A DNA stretch of 63,897 nucleotides, filler included, from Vermamoeba vermiformis (taxonomy: Eukaryota), in the NCBI GenBank assembly GCA_045837725.1. It is 4 parts of 4 records of this genome, joined end to end, with 100 filler letters (N's around TTAATTAATTAA, not from the genome) between each part and the next. Parts side by side here need not be neighbours in the genome. Positions count along the whole stretch, not along the records: positions 4,783 to 36,581 come from JBEWZL010000153.1; positions 36,682 to 44,321 come from JBEWZL010000154.1; 2 more parts are not named here. One strand, written 5' to 3'. A program made the translations under genes and the position numbers. Below the pieces are notes generated by a model. The model saw only the letters and a program-made list of their open reading frames with translations, was not told the DNA's origin and made no database searches. Of this stretch, positions 26,700 to 39,000 are shown piece by piece; positions within the stretch are counted from its first letter, which is position 1; each line of letters starts with the position of its first letter.

Positions 26700-28667
26700 T
26701 TACTCGTCACTCTTCTTCTCCTCTTCAGTGACGTCACTGTTCTCTGAAACAGCTGTCACGTGACTCTCTTCGCGCGGTTCTTCAGTGACAGGCGCGTTGT
26801 TGACAGGTGTCGTGTTCTTGCCACGTGTCAGTGCACGCACAGCATTACTGGCAGCGACGATCAAGTGGCTGGTGGCACCAGCAGCGTCGCGGCCAATCAC
26901 GAGGTCGCGCTGATTCCAGGCCAGGGCCAAGCACAGCGGGAACACGACGTAGCGCTGCGTGCGGATCAAGAACAGCGTGCCGAGCGTGAAGACTGAGGCC
27001 TGCACGATGGGGAACACATTCACCATGGGCACGTGTTCGTATTGACTGCTCAAGTGTTTGCCGACATTGCTCCAGTCATTCAAGTGCTTGACCAAATTAG
27101 GAAATAGTTCGTTGAGGGTGGGCAGCTGTGAGAAGTCAAAAGAGAGATTGGTCGACGAGGCAGCGCGCAACACGTGACTGAGTGCGAGATCAGTGCCGAG
27201 CAACACTGTCAGCCAAGTGCCCACGTGACGGGACTTGACGAGCGGTGCCACCTCGCTGAGAGTGATGGCACTGCTGGCAGCGGCTTTGACACCACCGCGC
27301 AACCACCACATGACGCGTCCCCAGAGTGTGCCGAGCACGCCGATGGTGAGCACATTGACGAGATTGGCGCCGTACACTGCCGAGTGGGAGTTGAGCACGT
27401 GCTCGTGACGTGGCACTGCAGTGTCAGGGGTGTGCAGCAGCGTGTGGTACCACGAGCGCACGTGACGCACTGAACGCACCAACAGCTCTGAAGTCACGTG
27501 ACGTTCTTGAGGAGTCTCGCTCAAGTCACGTGATCGGAGAGCGCGCGCGAGATTGACACTGGGATTGCGGAACATCTCGTCACGTGCTTCGTGTGCCAGC
27601 ACGAGCAGCGCACGGTCCACAGCGTGATTGCCTTGCGTTCTATTTTTAACTCGCGCGTTGAGTTGTTGGCCAATCAGCGCTGCAGATGGCAAGGTGACAC
27701 GTGTCAATTCATTGACAGCTGTCATCACATCCTCCGAAGCACTCAATTCGGCAGCGTGAGTGCGCGACAAGTTGACCAATGTTTGACCAGCCAAGATCCA
27801 AGTGCGGTGTGCACGCCAATCATCGTGCGCGCTATTTTTAGCTTGTTCCGAGGGCACGGCGAGTCGTGCGAGGTGCGCGAGACCATCAGCGCCGAGTTTG
27901 GTCAGCAACACTGCGGCAGTCGTGCTGTTGTGCGAGACACGTGACAGCCAGGCCAGGGCCAAGTCACGTGCATCTTCATTGAGTTCGGGGAGTGCCAGCA
28001 GTGCCAGCACGCGAGGCACGTGATCGATCTGATCGACGAGGCGTGATTCGAGTACCACGCGGCCACTGAACGTGCGCTTGGTGCTGGATGAGCCCGCGTA
28101 GAGCGAGAGCAGCGCTTCGAGTTGTGCTTCAGTGCTGGCATCGGTGGACAACATGCGCGCCACTGATCGCTCGCGCTGTTCGGGGGTGTTGCCCCAGTCT
28201 ATATTTAGTAACACACGTCAGTACTAGGGCAATACGGATCTAAGTATCTTTGTGGGTATGGAAACTTGTATGATTTAAATGACTAACACTTGATATTAAC
28301 ACCATTAAAAGCAGGTGAATGAGTACGTCAATTCGCGTTCAAATTCAATTAGCAAATAAAAATCAAAAATATTCTGATAATATCTCCATAATACAGTACC
28401 ATATAAATAATAGCCCGTAGCTCCTGCAAAAGTCAATACACTGGCCACAGAGGCAATTTTGGTCACTTTGTTGCCGCGCAACAGTTCACGTCGGATTTGT
28501 TTGGCTGATAGCTTGGCAGAGCTCGAAGCAGCATTCGAGCCAGTACTAGTAGTAGTACCAGTAGTGTTCGTAGTGTTGGGCTTGGAAGGTTGAGTGCTGT
28601 AGTGGCGCTTAGTGCCCACTCTGCGCGAGATGGAGCGTCTGAGCACGTTAGAGAAGAGATTGTTCAT
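26700..28667 (-). CDS. Probable mitochondrial membrane protein with alpha-helical (ARM-like) region
   Basis: Exon 1 MNNLFSNVLRRSISRRVGTKRHYST (presequence-like) plus TM; long exon 26700-~28198 is Leu/Ala-rich helical with hydrophobic stretches. Confidence 0.6.
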
Positions 28668-28860
28668 CGCGCTGCTATATATGTATATATGTACACGAGG
28701 GCGTGTGGTGACTGAGCTCCAATAACAATACTGAATGCAGGTAGATCTGTTCACTGAACGACTCTGGCCCTGATTGACAAGCGAGCATTGAGCTCACACA
28801 GCAGCGCAGTGACATCAATACTAGGTGCACTATAATACACACCTTGCACTCACAACACTC

Positions 28861-29204
28861 ATGGCACGCGGCAAGGTGAAGACACTCGTGGTCAAGCTCG
28901 TCTCGCTGGCGGGCACTGGATTCTTCTACACGACCAAGAAGAACGTGCGCAATCAGAACAAGCTACTGCTGCGCAAATATGACCCTGTATTGCGACAACA
29001 CACTTTGTTTAGAGTACGTCTGTGGTTGTAGTTATTAGAACGAGCTGGATCTGTCGTTAATTTAATTATTACAATTTATCTGCAATTTATTTCATATTAT
29101 TTAATACACACCCCGCTCATTAGCACTATAGGCACGCATATAATAATTATTCTGAATTAATTGTCGCGCAGGAAGAGAAGATCAGTCGTACCAAGAAGAG
29201 ATAA
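28861..29204 (+). CDS. MRPL33: Mitochondrial ribosomal protein bL33m
   Basis: [56 protein letters not shown]; intron 29014-29171 is GT-AG, phase 0. Confidence 0.93.
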
Positions 29205-29426
29205 CATAACCCCAATCGATGACAACACTGTGATTATAACACCATTACTATAACACCCTTTATATATTACAAGCACAGCTGTGAATGTGTATACAAGCGA
29301 ATCAATAAACAGCGTCGCACACACACAGGACGGAGCAGATCCGCTACACTCCCCCAGCCCTTATTTACATCGATGCCACTCTGCACCGCTAGCGAGGAGG
29401 CGAGACTAGAGCGAAGAGAGGCGAGA

Positions 29427-30311
29427 CTAGAGCGAAGAGAGACGTATGAGACCGAACAGCAGGTTGAGTCCGAGGCCAGTGAGCAGTCCAAACTTGCCCT
29501 GCCGCGTCAGACTCGAGTCCCACAGCCAGCACAGGGCCAGCAGTCCGAGCACGAAGCCAGTCAGCATGCCACTGAACAGCTGCGCACCACTCCCCTCGCG
29601 CTGGGTGTGCTCGTGCGCGTGTGCTGCGGCCACTTGACGGTCTTCGGGCGTGAGTTCGTGCTCGATCCAGTTCTCTTCGAGCTGCAGCAGTGTGTCGCTA
29701 GTCGGTGGGGTGCCGTGCGTGCTGAGCTGGGCCTGCACGAACTGAGTGCGCACTGCCTGCACCTCGGCCTCGCTGAACCCCATGGCGCGCAGTCGATCGA
29801 AGCCGCGCAGCAACTGTTCGTCGTGCGGTGCGTGTGGTGGTGCAGTAGTAGTAGTGTCGAGTGCCTCGCTCACCGCGCAGTGCAGAATGGTGTGGTGCGT
29901 GATGCGCGACTGCTGCAAGCTGTGTTGATCGAGCAGCACGCGGCCTGAGTGGATCAGTTTGAGCTGTTTGTTCGTGTAGTGTTGGTGCGCGATGATCTGC
30001 AACGAGGTTGTTAATAGCAGTTATATATACTGGTACTGAGTGCAGCTGTGTTGCTGAATAGATGCGGTGTAAGACTCGCGATCAGATCTGCCACGTACTT
30101 TTTGCTTGACATCCCACACGAGGTCCTCTATATTGGCGTGAATAGTGAACTTGTCGCCACTCACGAGTCGTATTTGCAGCTCTAGTGCGCGCTCTTCTTT
30201 CTCTTCCACATCTGACGTCGCTCGCTGTGTACCTAAAGATGCGGCATTGCTTGTCCAACGAGTGCCCGCACCACTGCTATATACATTGCTCGTAGTGTTG
30301 CTCTGACTCAT
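29427..30311 (-). CDS. Dsc3-like protein (ubiquitin-like N-domain, UBA-like segment, two C-terminal TMs)
   Basis: LQIRLVSGDKF..VWDVKQK, QLKLIHSGRVL, ILHCAVS, LRGFDRLRAMGFSEAEVQAVRTQF, LEENWI, GMLTGFVLG. Confidence 0.82.
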
Positions 30312-30466
30312 CGTCGCGTTGTGGTGTTGCTGGCTAGATGTGATTGCAAAAAACAAATTCAATTTCACTTCGCAGCACTCACACACAGCCGCGACTATAA
30401 CATTATCTGCACCCCATAGAGGTGCATATTAATTCATATTTATAGCAAATACAGCGCGTATTAAGC

Positions 30467-31370
30467 ATGACAGACGTGCTTAGTAGCTTAGATGGAGCTG
30501 AAGAATTTCCATTGCGACGCATCAAATCGACCTCTGCGCTCGATCATGATGGTACGTATTGTCTTTATTAATGAAGCGATTGGATTCGCTAGACATTGCC
30601 CAATTAAATTCTCAATGTACATCCGTGTCTTATTGCATACTTGATTGCATCTTACTACTATCAATCACTGCCAACTCACACTCACACTACCCTCAGAGCA
30701 CGCAGGAGTGTTCTATCAGCTCTTGGAACAGCGCATCAGCGAGCTCGAGCGGCAGTTGCGCACCGTCACCTTGGAGCTGCAGCGTGTTGCCGTGCGCAAG
30801 CGTCGTTGGGGCCGCGAGAAGTATTCGCGCCGCGTGGCACAACTGGCCAATGTGCTGCTGTGCGTGGGACACTTCTGGACACGCTTCATCCACTTCTGCC
30901 AGCACAACAAGAGTCAGCTGATCCGCTCTGCTGTCTCGCTCACCAAGGGCGCGACTGTCGCACCACTCACACGCGTCACTGCTGTCGCGGCACGCACACC
31001 ACAGCGCGGCACACTGTCGCTGAGCTCATTCATCACTGACGCGTGGTTGTTCGCCGCATCCGCGACCTGGCCCAAAGCACTGGCCGCGCTGGGACTGTTC
31101 AGCGGTCACTTTGTGGGTGTGGCTGCAGGCCTGACACTCAGCTCACTCAACTGCACTTGGGTGATATCGCGCGCACGAGACAAGTCCCCGCTGTTCATAT
31201 GGGCACACTACTTGACACTGTTCGCCAATCTGTTGTGTGCCACCATCATGTGGACCTCGCCATTCGCTTGGCCACGCACTGAAGGCCCCAAGCGCAGTGA
31301 CAGCAGCGGCACACTGATGAATGCGTACAACAGCTACTTGATGGAAGACAGTCCGAGAGATGAGCACTAG
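30467..31370 (+). CDS. Hypothetical coiled-coil plus multi-TM protein (two exons)
   Basis: Short ATG exon at 30467, intron, then ORF with QLLEQRISELERQL coiled coil and C-terminal hydrophobic helices. Confidence 0.6.
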
Positions 31371-31639
31371 GTGGAAGGGAGCACAGGCAGGGCACGAGTA
31401 CAGCAATGGCGTGGATGAGAGCCAGGCAACTCCAACTGGGGGCAGGCCAAAGCTATGTAGAGCAGCAAAGTAGGATAGAAATCAATAAAACCTCGATTAG
31501 TTCCCTTGATCAAGTGCATAATGCAGGCTGTGTTTTTCCCTTTGGCATGTCCTTGAGACCTTTTGTCAGCTGTATCCTAACCTCAGCCAAAATCTCTGGC
31601 ATTCCAATGGAACTACTATTTACACAATTATTTGTTAGG

Positions 31640-32500
31640 CTGATGCCTGTCCACCAAATTGTTCATCTGTCATTGGACATTGCATCCATCAAGGGTCGAT
31701 GCATCCGCTGATGTTAGTAATTGACCAACTTATACCAAACTCGGCCATTAGCATCAGTGGAACCAAGAAACACTACTATTGGCGTCAGGAGGCTTTGGGC
31801 TAAACGCCAGACGCTGAAAATGGCAATGTTCTGCAAAGAACTTAAGTACTACAACTTTGTTCTATTGGCTGCAATACCATTGAAACTTTGGAAACTCCTG
31901 ACCTATCACTATCTAACAAGAAAATAAAAGTAATCATCAAAGATATTGTAGTGGCAGCAATTTGTAAATTTTCAGCATTAAGTATGAACCCACGCACCAG
32001 CACGTGTTTGGTATAACACAATTATACGTATTTTATGCAACCCTGAACTTTGGCTACAATAATTGTCACCTAGCTATGAAATTTTTTTACAATCATCTAT
32101 ACTTTTTTATGTTGTAACTTTGTCCAGTATGGTGGCAAACCTTGTTATAATAAGGGATATGCTTAATCATATCATGGCACAAGAAATCTTGTTAAAATCT
32201 TCATACTATATGATGTATGGTAGGCGGACGTGCGGTCCGTGGCAGACATCCAAATTTTGCCGGATGGGACGTCTATGTATACTACTGCCTCATATGTACA
32301 GACGCACCAGTTGGTGCATTGTACCATACCTACATACCTGGCCGGCCGGACTGGCCACACGGCCAACTTGGACTGGCCGACCTCCTCGAGGCTGAAAATG
32401 TCAATGTTCTGCAAAGAACTTTGGTACGGAACTTTGTTCTATTTGCAGCATCCATTTAAACTTTGTAAAACCTAGAACCATCACTATATCAAGAATATAT
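31640..32500 (+). pseudogene. Two diverged tandem fragments of an unknown coding sequence
   Basis: 31812-31925 (gctgaaaatggcaatgttctgcaaagaactt...) and 32391-32495 (gctgaaaatgtcaatgttctgcaaagaactt...) are paralogous (LKMAMFCKEL vs LKMSMFCKEL); no intact long ORF. Confidence 0.45.
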
Positions 32501-32881
32501 GGTAATCGTCATTGGAGGTGGTCCTGCAAATGGTGAGATGTCTGTCCATGGAGGGTGTACATCAGCTTCCCATTCCCATTCCTAGTAGTACCCTCCGTAG
32601 CTCTACCTACAGCAGCAAACAGAATTAAATTTCATTAATTACTACCTTCTGCGACACCTTATCACAGATAGACACCTCATCCACAGACAGACACCTTGTA
32701 CTCTGACAACCTGTCTTTAGATCAGGAGCCTCCTTAAGGCCTTCAGTCATAATTATGATACAGCTAAATCTACACCCTCACATTAAAGATGATGGAAAGC
32801 AAAATAAAATTTTTGTTTTTGGGATTAATGACTAATAGAATTTTATTGAAAATGTAAAAACACGTCGGTATTGTAAATAGT

Positions 32882-33640
32882 TCAGTTCTTTACAGATTTT
32901 CTCCTTTTCCTGGCCTTTTGTAGCTCCTTTTCAAGTTCATCCCCTGACTCATCAAAGTGTTCATCAGGAGGAAGGGATTGTAATAGGTATTCGACCTCTC
33001 CAGGCTCTAACTCAGATTGCTGTAATGTTGGTTGAGTGGCATGGTCCTTTCTCCTACGTTTCTCTCGGAATACAACTTTGCGAGTTATTGGGGGCATTTG
33101 AGCCGTTGCAGGAGCTAAGGTAAAGTCACCAAGAGCATTAAGAGCCTGTATTTGATAGCCAAAGTTGTTCTCAATGAGTCCTTGGATGACCTAACCACCA
33201 CATAAGAACAGCTATACATTTTAAGAATATTATTTACCTGTGCATCACTGAGCAATTTGGCTAGCTCTGTTGTTAAAACATTCTGTGGCAAGCCAGACCA
33301 AAGTTTGAGGTGCTCTTCGATGGTGCGAGGAGTTTCATTTAAATGCTGAGCAATGCATTGCCGAGGGCAACAGTGGGAATTTGCATAGAATTGCACAAGC
33401 GCTTACACTGGTATGTGGTTATTCTCTATAGAACTACTAATAGTCCATCACTATCAATTGATCTTAAAATCGGTACAGAGTGTTTGGGAAATTGGCTGCG
33501 GATGGTTGTACGGGCTTTGGTGAAGCCGTTTGGTTCATGTATGTCCTTACCAAGTTGAAGGCTAATTTGTGATTAATTAGGGTAAAGCAATTGAAATCAA
33601 TCAAGTGTACCTTTAGGATGATCCGTGTTGCTTGACATTT
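32882..33640 (-). CDS. Hypothetical multi-exon protein with basic NLS-like C-terminus (exon structure uncertain)
   Basis: Minus-strand exons with GT-AG gaps ending ELQKARKRRKSVKN; AATAAA downstream inside the inverted repeat. Confidence 0.35.
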
Positions 33641-34397
33641 TGTCGTGACAAACTTAACTTGTTAACCACAAAGAATTAGTTATGAATGGAATGCTGATGA
33701 TGATGTGCTTTTGCTTGAAGTAAGAGTTGGCAGTGCAATTTAGCCTTGCTAACGGAACACAGACAGAACCTGTGACTTCGGATGTGCCAGTGCTGAATCG
33801 ATCTCAAAGAAGAGAAAAAATTAACTCTGACCAAGCAAATAGTTGTTCGAATGCACAAGACGCTCTTGGAGACAATTTAGAGCCTGTACGATCCAACAAT
33901 TCCCAAAATATTACAAACTCACTGCTATCCAACTAGGCGTCAGGGCCAACACAGCTCTCACAAGTATCGACAAAAGAAATACAATCTGAAACTCAGGCAA
34001 ACGGAGGCACATGCAAGGTAAGCATTGCAAAGCAGATCCACTATTTCTTTATATTACTCAAACGCTATATTTAGACTTTGAATATTATTATGCTTTTACA
34101 TAGTAACCTTTTTATCAGGGAGACAACAATGGCAATGCGACTCAATTGCTCAACGAACAGTCAAGCATCGATCAATTTGTCAATGAGTTAAGGAGCGGCA
34201 CAGAGAATGTAAGTTACCAATAATAACAGAATTGACATATATGTAATTCAATAATAAACAGATTGTGCGCGAAGTTGCTGACATCAATAACATGATGAAC
34301 AATGAAGCACATAATGGAAGTGAAGGAATTGACGTAAGTTTTATTTTTGATGCCGCTTAGTACCTTTACTCTTCGTTCGATTCTTTGAATTGAATTG

Positions 34398-35479
34398 TCA
34401 AGGCTGCCAATCAGCACTCTTGCGTTGAATGAGCTTATTCTTGTGCGCTGCTTCTTTGTTCTGAAGTCGCAAATTGAGTCGGTTTTTCAAATAGCTGTGC
34501 ATCCGTTCTGCAGATCCAAGCTGCTCCGAGAGTGGTTGCACAGACCACTGAGGTGCTGGTGGAATTTCAACGTTGTTATTTGCATTGTAGTCACGTTCTT
34601 CTGCAAGAAATTCGGGGTCACGAATTTGTCCAGGTGCGGTGAAGCAGTTAGCATCAGTGTTCAGCACAATCGACCGGCGATCGCCAATGTGAGTCAAATT
34701 CTCGTGGTATAGTTGTGCTGAGCGAAAGAAAATGATGTCTCCAGGCTGTGCGTTGATTTTGAGGTGTAGATCGCGAAAGGCCAGCTCGCCACCGGACCAA
34801 TCTTTGCCAGGCACGACACAACAGCAGCCATCGATGCAGTCCTCATTGTCGATGTGAGGTTGAGAGCCTCCGTGGTTGAGCACTGCCATGAGAAATGACT
34901 TGCCGAGCACGCGTTGCTTGTCCGGAGTGACGCTGCAGTATTCTTCGTACAACTGCAGGTCTACGTGCGCGAACCATTGGTCAATCACTTCAAGGAAATC
35001 ACGCACTCCGGGCTGATCAATGAATTTTAAACCCTTCCCGATCGTTGAATCTCGTGACAAAAATATGTGCAAAGCGTATCGACGCCAAAAGCCAACGTGA
35101 ATCGACGGGTCCTTCGTCTGAGCTGTGCAATTTTGTTCCGCCCATTCAAGAGCAGCCAGTAATTTTTCATTTAAGTCAGAATCAACGCCTGCCTTAATAT
35201 TCCAAATTAACTGCGTTAAAAAAAATTAAATTGAGCTCGGCTGTAATTAATATTATTGTAACGATTATTATAAAAATTATTTAAATGCTATTGTCTTACC
35301 CAACGACCATTCTGGTCCACGACAACGAAGTTACCATCGAGTAAAAATAATTTAAGTGCTTCGATAGGAGTCAGCTGCAGTTTAGGTGGATCGTTCTTCG
35401 ACACTGGAGGAGGAGTTATCGTGAGCGTATAATACTTGATACCTCCCCTATACTCAGGCCCGTCTATATACTGAGTCAT
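34398..35479 (-). CDS. TET/JBP-family 2OG-Fe(II) dioxygenase (330 aa, two exons)
   Basis: Exons 35479-35300 and 35210-34398 join in phase 0; HVGFWRRY, SQPHIDNED (HxD), CVVPGKDWSGGELAF, PGDIIFFRSAQLYHEN (distal H), GDRRSIVL (2OG-binding R). Confidence 0.8.
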
Positions 35480-35772
35480 TGTTTTTGAATACAATAATTT
35501 AATTTGTTCGAACAAAAAAAATGACTTCTGACTACGGGTACACTCCTATTTTTAGCTTTTTCAGATTTGCAACCTTAATAACTCTGCAACAACACCTTCA
35601 ATTATTGTGCCACTTTCAGGATCAACTTTTTTTCATGTACTGAACAGCTTCGATCCTTACCTGCAAATTTGCGGTAATAAATTATTGTTGATAGGTTCCC
35701 ACTGTCAATACCACACCTGCTGAGCTCCAAGTCCCAGATGTCTCACTTCTAGACTGCCAAGTAGCAGGAGAG

Positions 35773-36531
35773 ATGATGATTGTGGGACCTTACACGTTGT
35801 ACCCAAGATTGGAATCGGCAGAACACCAAGTACAGTTACAGCTTGGACACACTGTGCGGCATTGCAAGAAAAAGTACACCGCTCTTGCCCTAGTTAAAGA
35901 CAAAAGAGGCACCATTAGACTCCTAGCAATTGCCACATCAAATTACAACACAAAGCCAAAGTTATTGTCTCTTGGAAGCTGCACAGTGCTAGAGTCCAAT
36001 CCATCAGCACTTCCCAAGGTTACAGAGTGCTTACAGAGGTGGATAGATGAACAAATGGGCCATCAAATAGTAAAAGTCAGTCCTCTAGCCAAACCCCAAA
36101 GAAAGAGATGTAGAATAGAGCTGTTTGATGAAGACACTCAGCCAGCAAAGAAGCACTAGCCCAAGTCTGTCACAAAGAAGGTTCCCACTGCACAGAAGGC
36201 TCAGGTGGTCAAAACCATGCTGGCTGGGACTGTGGAAGACTTACCAGAGCAAATGCAGCCAGTGCACGCTAGTGCACCACTCTCTCAAGGAATCAGTCTT
36301 CAGTGGCCCACTGCTTCGTCTACTAATCTATCTTTGAGACTTCAACTGGAAGAACATGAGATAAGGCTAATGCAACACCAACTCATTAGCAATGAGCTCC
36401 ATTCCCACGAAGAAAGAGAGAGAATTCTACAACAACTCAATGACCAGAGGCTGCGCAACTTAGAAAACCAACAGATGCTGCTGCAGGCACTGTTGTACAA
36501 CAGCACAGGTGCTGACCAGAAGTTTGTATAA
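35773..36531 (+). CDS. Hypothetical protein(s) with Gln/Glu coiled-coil C-terminus
   Basis: ORFs 35773-36159 and 36205-36531 are co-oriented; AATAAA follows; no family recognised. Confidence 0.35.
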
Positions 36532-36581
36532 AGATGAAAATGTTAATAAAGAGGTTTTACAATTTCAATAAAATTCTATTA

Positions 36582-36681
36582 NNNNNNNNNNNNNNNNNNN
36601 NNNNNNNNNNNNNNNNNNNNNNNNNTTAATTAATTAANNNNNNNNNNNNNNNNNNNNNNNNNNNNNNNNNNNNNNNNNNNN
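36582..36681. other. Artificial contig-joining spacer
   Basis: N44-TTAATTAATTAA-N44. Confidence 0.99.
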
Positions 36682-38657
36682 CAGGAACTTCGCCAGGTAA
36701 CAAGCGAAAGTAAGACCCTACTTGACCGATGTAAATAAACTAACCGAACTATTTACTGAAAAATTACATTTAATCAACTGCGACACCTGCGTTTTCATTT
36801 GGAATAACCTCCACGTCACCGAGGTAGCTTAGACTTGGGCTCAAGTGATCCAGCAGCTGTTCGCGAGGCAAGTTTTTGTCAAACGACGTTTCGTTTCTTT
36901 TTTCCAGGAGGGCACTGTACCACGCAGCAAAACGCTTGAAATTAGCGCTGGTGATGCTCATTGGTAATGTTGGGGCTCGGAAGATGGACATTGGTGGAAT
37001 GTCGTAAAGACCGCTCCAAGCGCAGACGAGGACGAATGGGTAGAAGAGCTTGAACTTGTCCAGGCTGATCATTTGACGGTAAAATGATTCTACGGAAGAA
37101 ATTTAGCTAATTATTCTCTATTAGGATTGCATACCGTTGATCTCAAATGCATAAAACGGGCTACGATAGATGAGAGTGTTTTCGCCGATTGGCTTGCCGG
37201 TCAAAGCGAGCTCCAGAATTTCTTCTGGTGGCGGTGGAAACAATGAAGTTGCAATTTCTACCTGGCGCTCCCAAATAGCTGGCAAGTTGTCATTAAGAGC
37301 TGCGTCGCTTGGATACTTCGCAAGAACTTCGTCCAAACGGTCGAGGAGACGAAGTAAGCCACCCTGTCCGTATAAAGGTTAGTACTAAAGTATAATACTT
37401 TGGTGATAAAATCGTACTTGTGCCTTGACTAATTGTTGAAAAGCTTGGTTTTGGGGGTTGAATTTTCGACGGGTTGCTAGTAAGTCAATTGCGTCCTTGT
37501 CGGAAATAGGTTCGAGAACGAGCTTTTGAATAGGATAATCCCAGCTTTGAAATGAGTCTGCGCGGAACGGTCAGTACGTAGCAGCTAGGAAGTATACTGA
37601 CCTTTTAGTGACAGATCCAGCGAACCAGACGTTACGACTATCATAAAGATGTGATGTTTTGCCATCTCGAGCGATATGTCCATGAATACGGTGACCACTT
37701 GATGCAATATCGAGTTCCACATCCAGAGATCCTGTGGGACGAGGTGCATCTGAATTTCGTCAATGTGGATCTGAAAAATCAGGGGATTGTGGACAGTGGC
37801 TGGTTTAAGCACTCGATTTAGAAACTTAACGAGGTCAGAGACGTTCACGGAGCCTAGGATACTGTTCGGCTCAAGATCCAAGAGTTTGGCGATGATCAAT
37901 TTCGGAATACTGCCACCCTCCTTGATATATTTACCATCCATGCCATTGGACATATTGATAAATGCGTAGTAACTCTTGTCCGCAGCTTCGGCAATGAGCT
38001 TTTGCAGTAGAGGATCCATAGATGCAGTGACGGACGATTTAAGCGAAAGCAGCAATTCGGCCCCGTAGCGTGATTTGCCCACCCCTGGACCTCCTATCAT
38101 ACAACTTAAATATGGCGATTGAATGTCAGCCCAAGCTTTACCTGTGATGTGAAACATGGACCAGTCTTGTTTACGGATGTAGTTGCTTTGACGGAAAAGA
38201 CGCCACATACGATTCAAGTTTGCAACCAAAGGGCCAGTGGTCGATGCAACAAATTCGTTTTGCCATTCGAAATTCCTTCTTGTGATGCGGTCCTTGTTGA
38301 ATGGGACAAAGGGCACTGCGGATTTCGTGAGGGCTACAAAACAAGTTACTTCTTCTGCTCTCGGGGGCATAAAATTCACTTACTGGACAAATAAGGATGG
38401 TGGAAAGCCCCAAGCGTATGTTGAATTGAAGCTTGAACTGCTTTTGGGCGTTGCGCTTTGAAATCCGGAACAAGCCGATTTACGTTTCTCGCCCTGTGCA
38501 CTTCTGCTGCCATGCAAGAGTACGAGAGACGCATTTCTACTTTAGGGTCTGCTACTTCAGTGGCCTTACTGCCTCTATTCGCAAGCAACAGCGCCGTTAC
38601 GCGAAATGCATCCGATGCTCTGTGCACAATTGATAACGGCTTCAAATTTCGTAGCAT
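36682..38657 (-). CDS. Crinkler-related-type P-loop NTPase protein (3' end truncated by contig edge)
   Basis: Walker A GGPGVGKSRYG, Walker B IFQIHIDEIQ, QGGLLRLLDRL, FKRFAAWY; paralog of 39001-41472. Confidence 0.72.
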
Positions 38658-39000
38658 TTCTTGGTTGTTTCTACAACAAAAATACAAGAAAATAAGCAAA
38701 AGTTTGTAGTTTGCTATTTATGTACCGGAGGTGTTGTCCGTCAAAAACTGATTGACAAGCGACTGAAGTACACAGCTACCAGGAGAAAATTAATACAACC
38801 TTGAAAGGATTGTATGAAAGAATGATTCGGTTACTATCGAATGGCTTATGGAGAAGTATGGCAACAAACCCCGGATTTAATTTGGCATCCAACAAAATAC
38901 CAAAAGGTCCGTAAATAATAATTATAATTCCATAATATTTGCGATCTATTCAATACCATAATTATCTAACGGCTCGTATTATTTAGCAGCGAATTTTTGG

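Larger units (their letters stand above)
32833..36581. mobile_element. Segment flanked by inverted repeats (putative DNA transposon derivative) carrying a TET/JBP-type gene; right end cut by contig break
   Basis: taatagaattttattgaaaatgtaaaa (32833-32859) is the reverse complement (1 mismatch) of the last 27 nt of the contig (36555-36581); composition differs from the upstream housekeeping block. Confidence 0.5.

Noticed and set aside
29389-29440. Short tandem duplication gaggcgagactagagcgaaga
   Set aside because: Two-copy 21-bp duplication at the Dsc3-like stop and 3' UTR; unremarkable
9585-30910. Numerous antisense and alternative-frame ORFs overlapping the housekeeping genes
   Set aside because: Shadow ORFs of GC-rich coding sequence with no motifs
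32502-32534. VIVIGGGPANG, resembling an FAD-binding GxGxxG motif
   Set aside because: Isolated, not in a sustained ORF, and absent from the paralogous upstream copy
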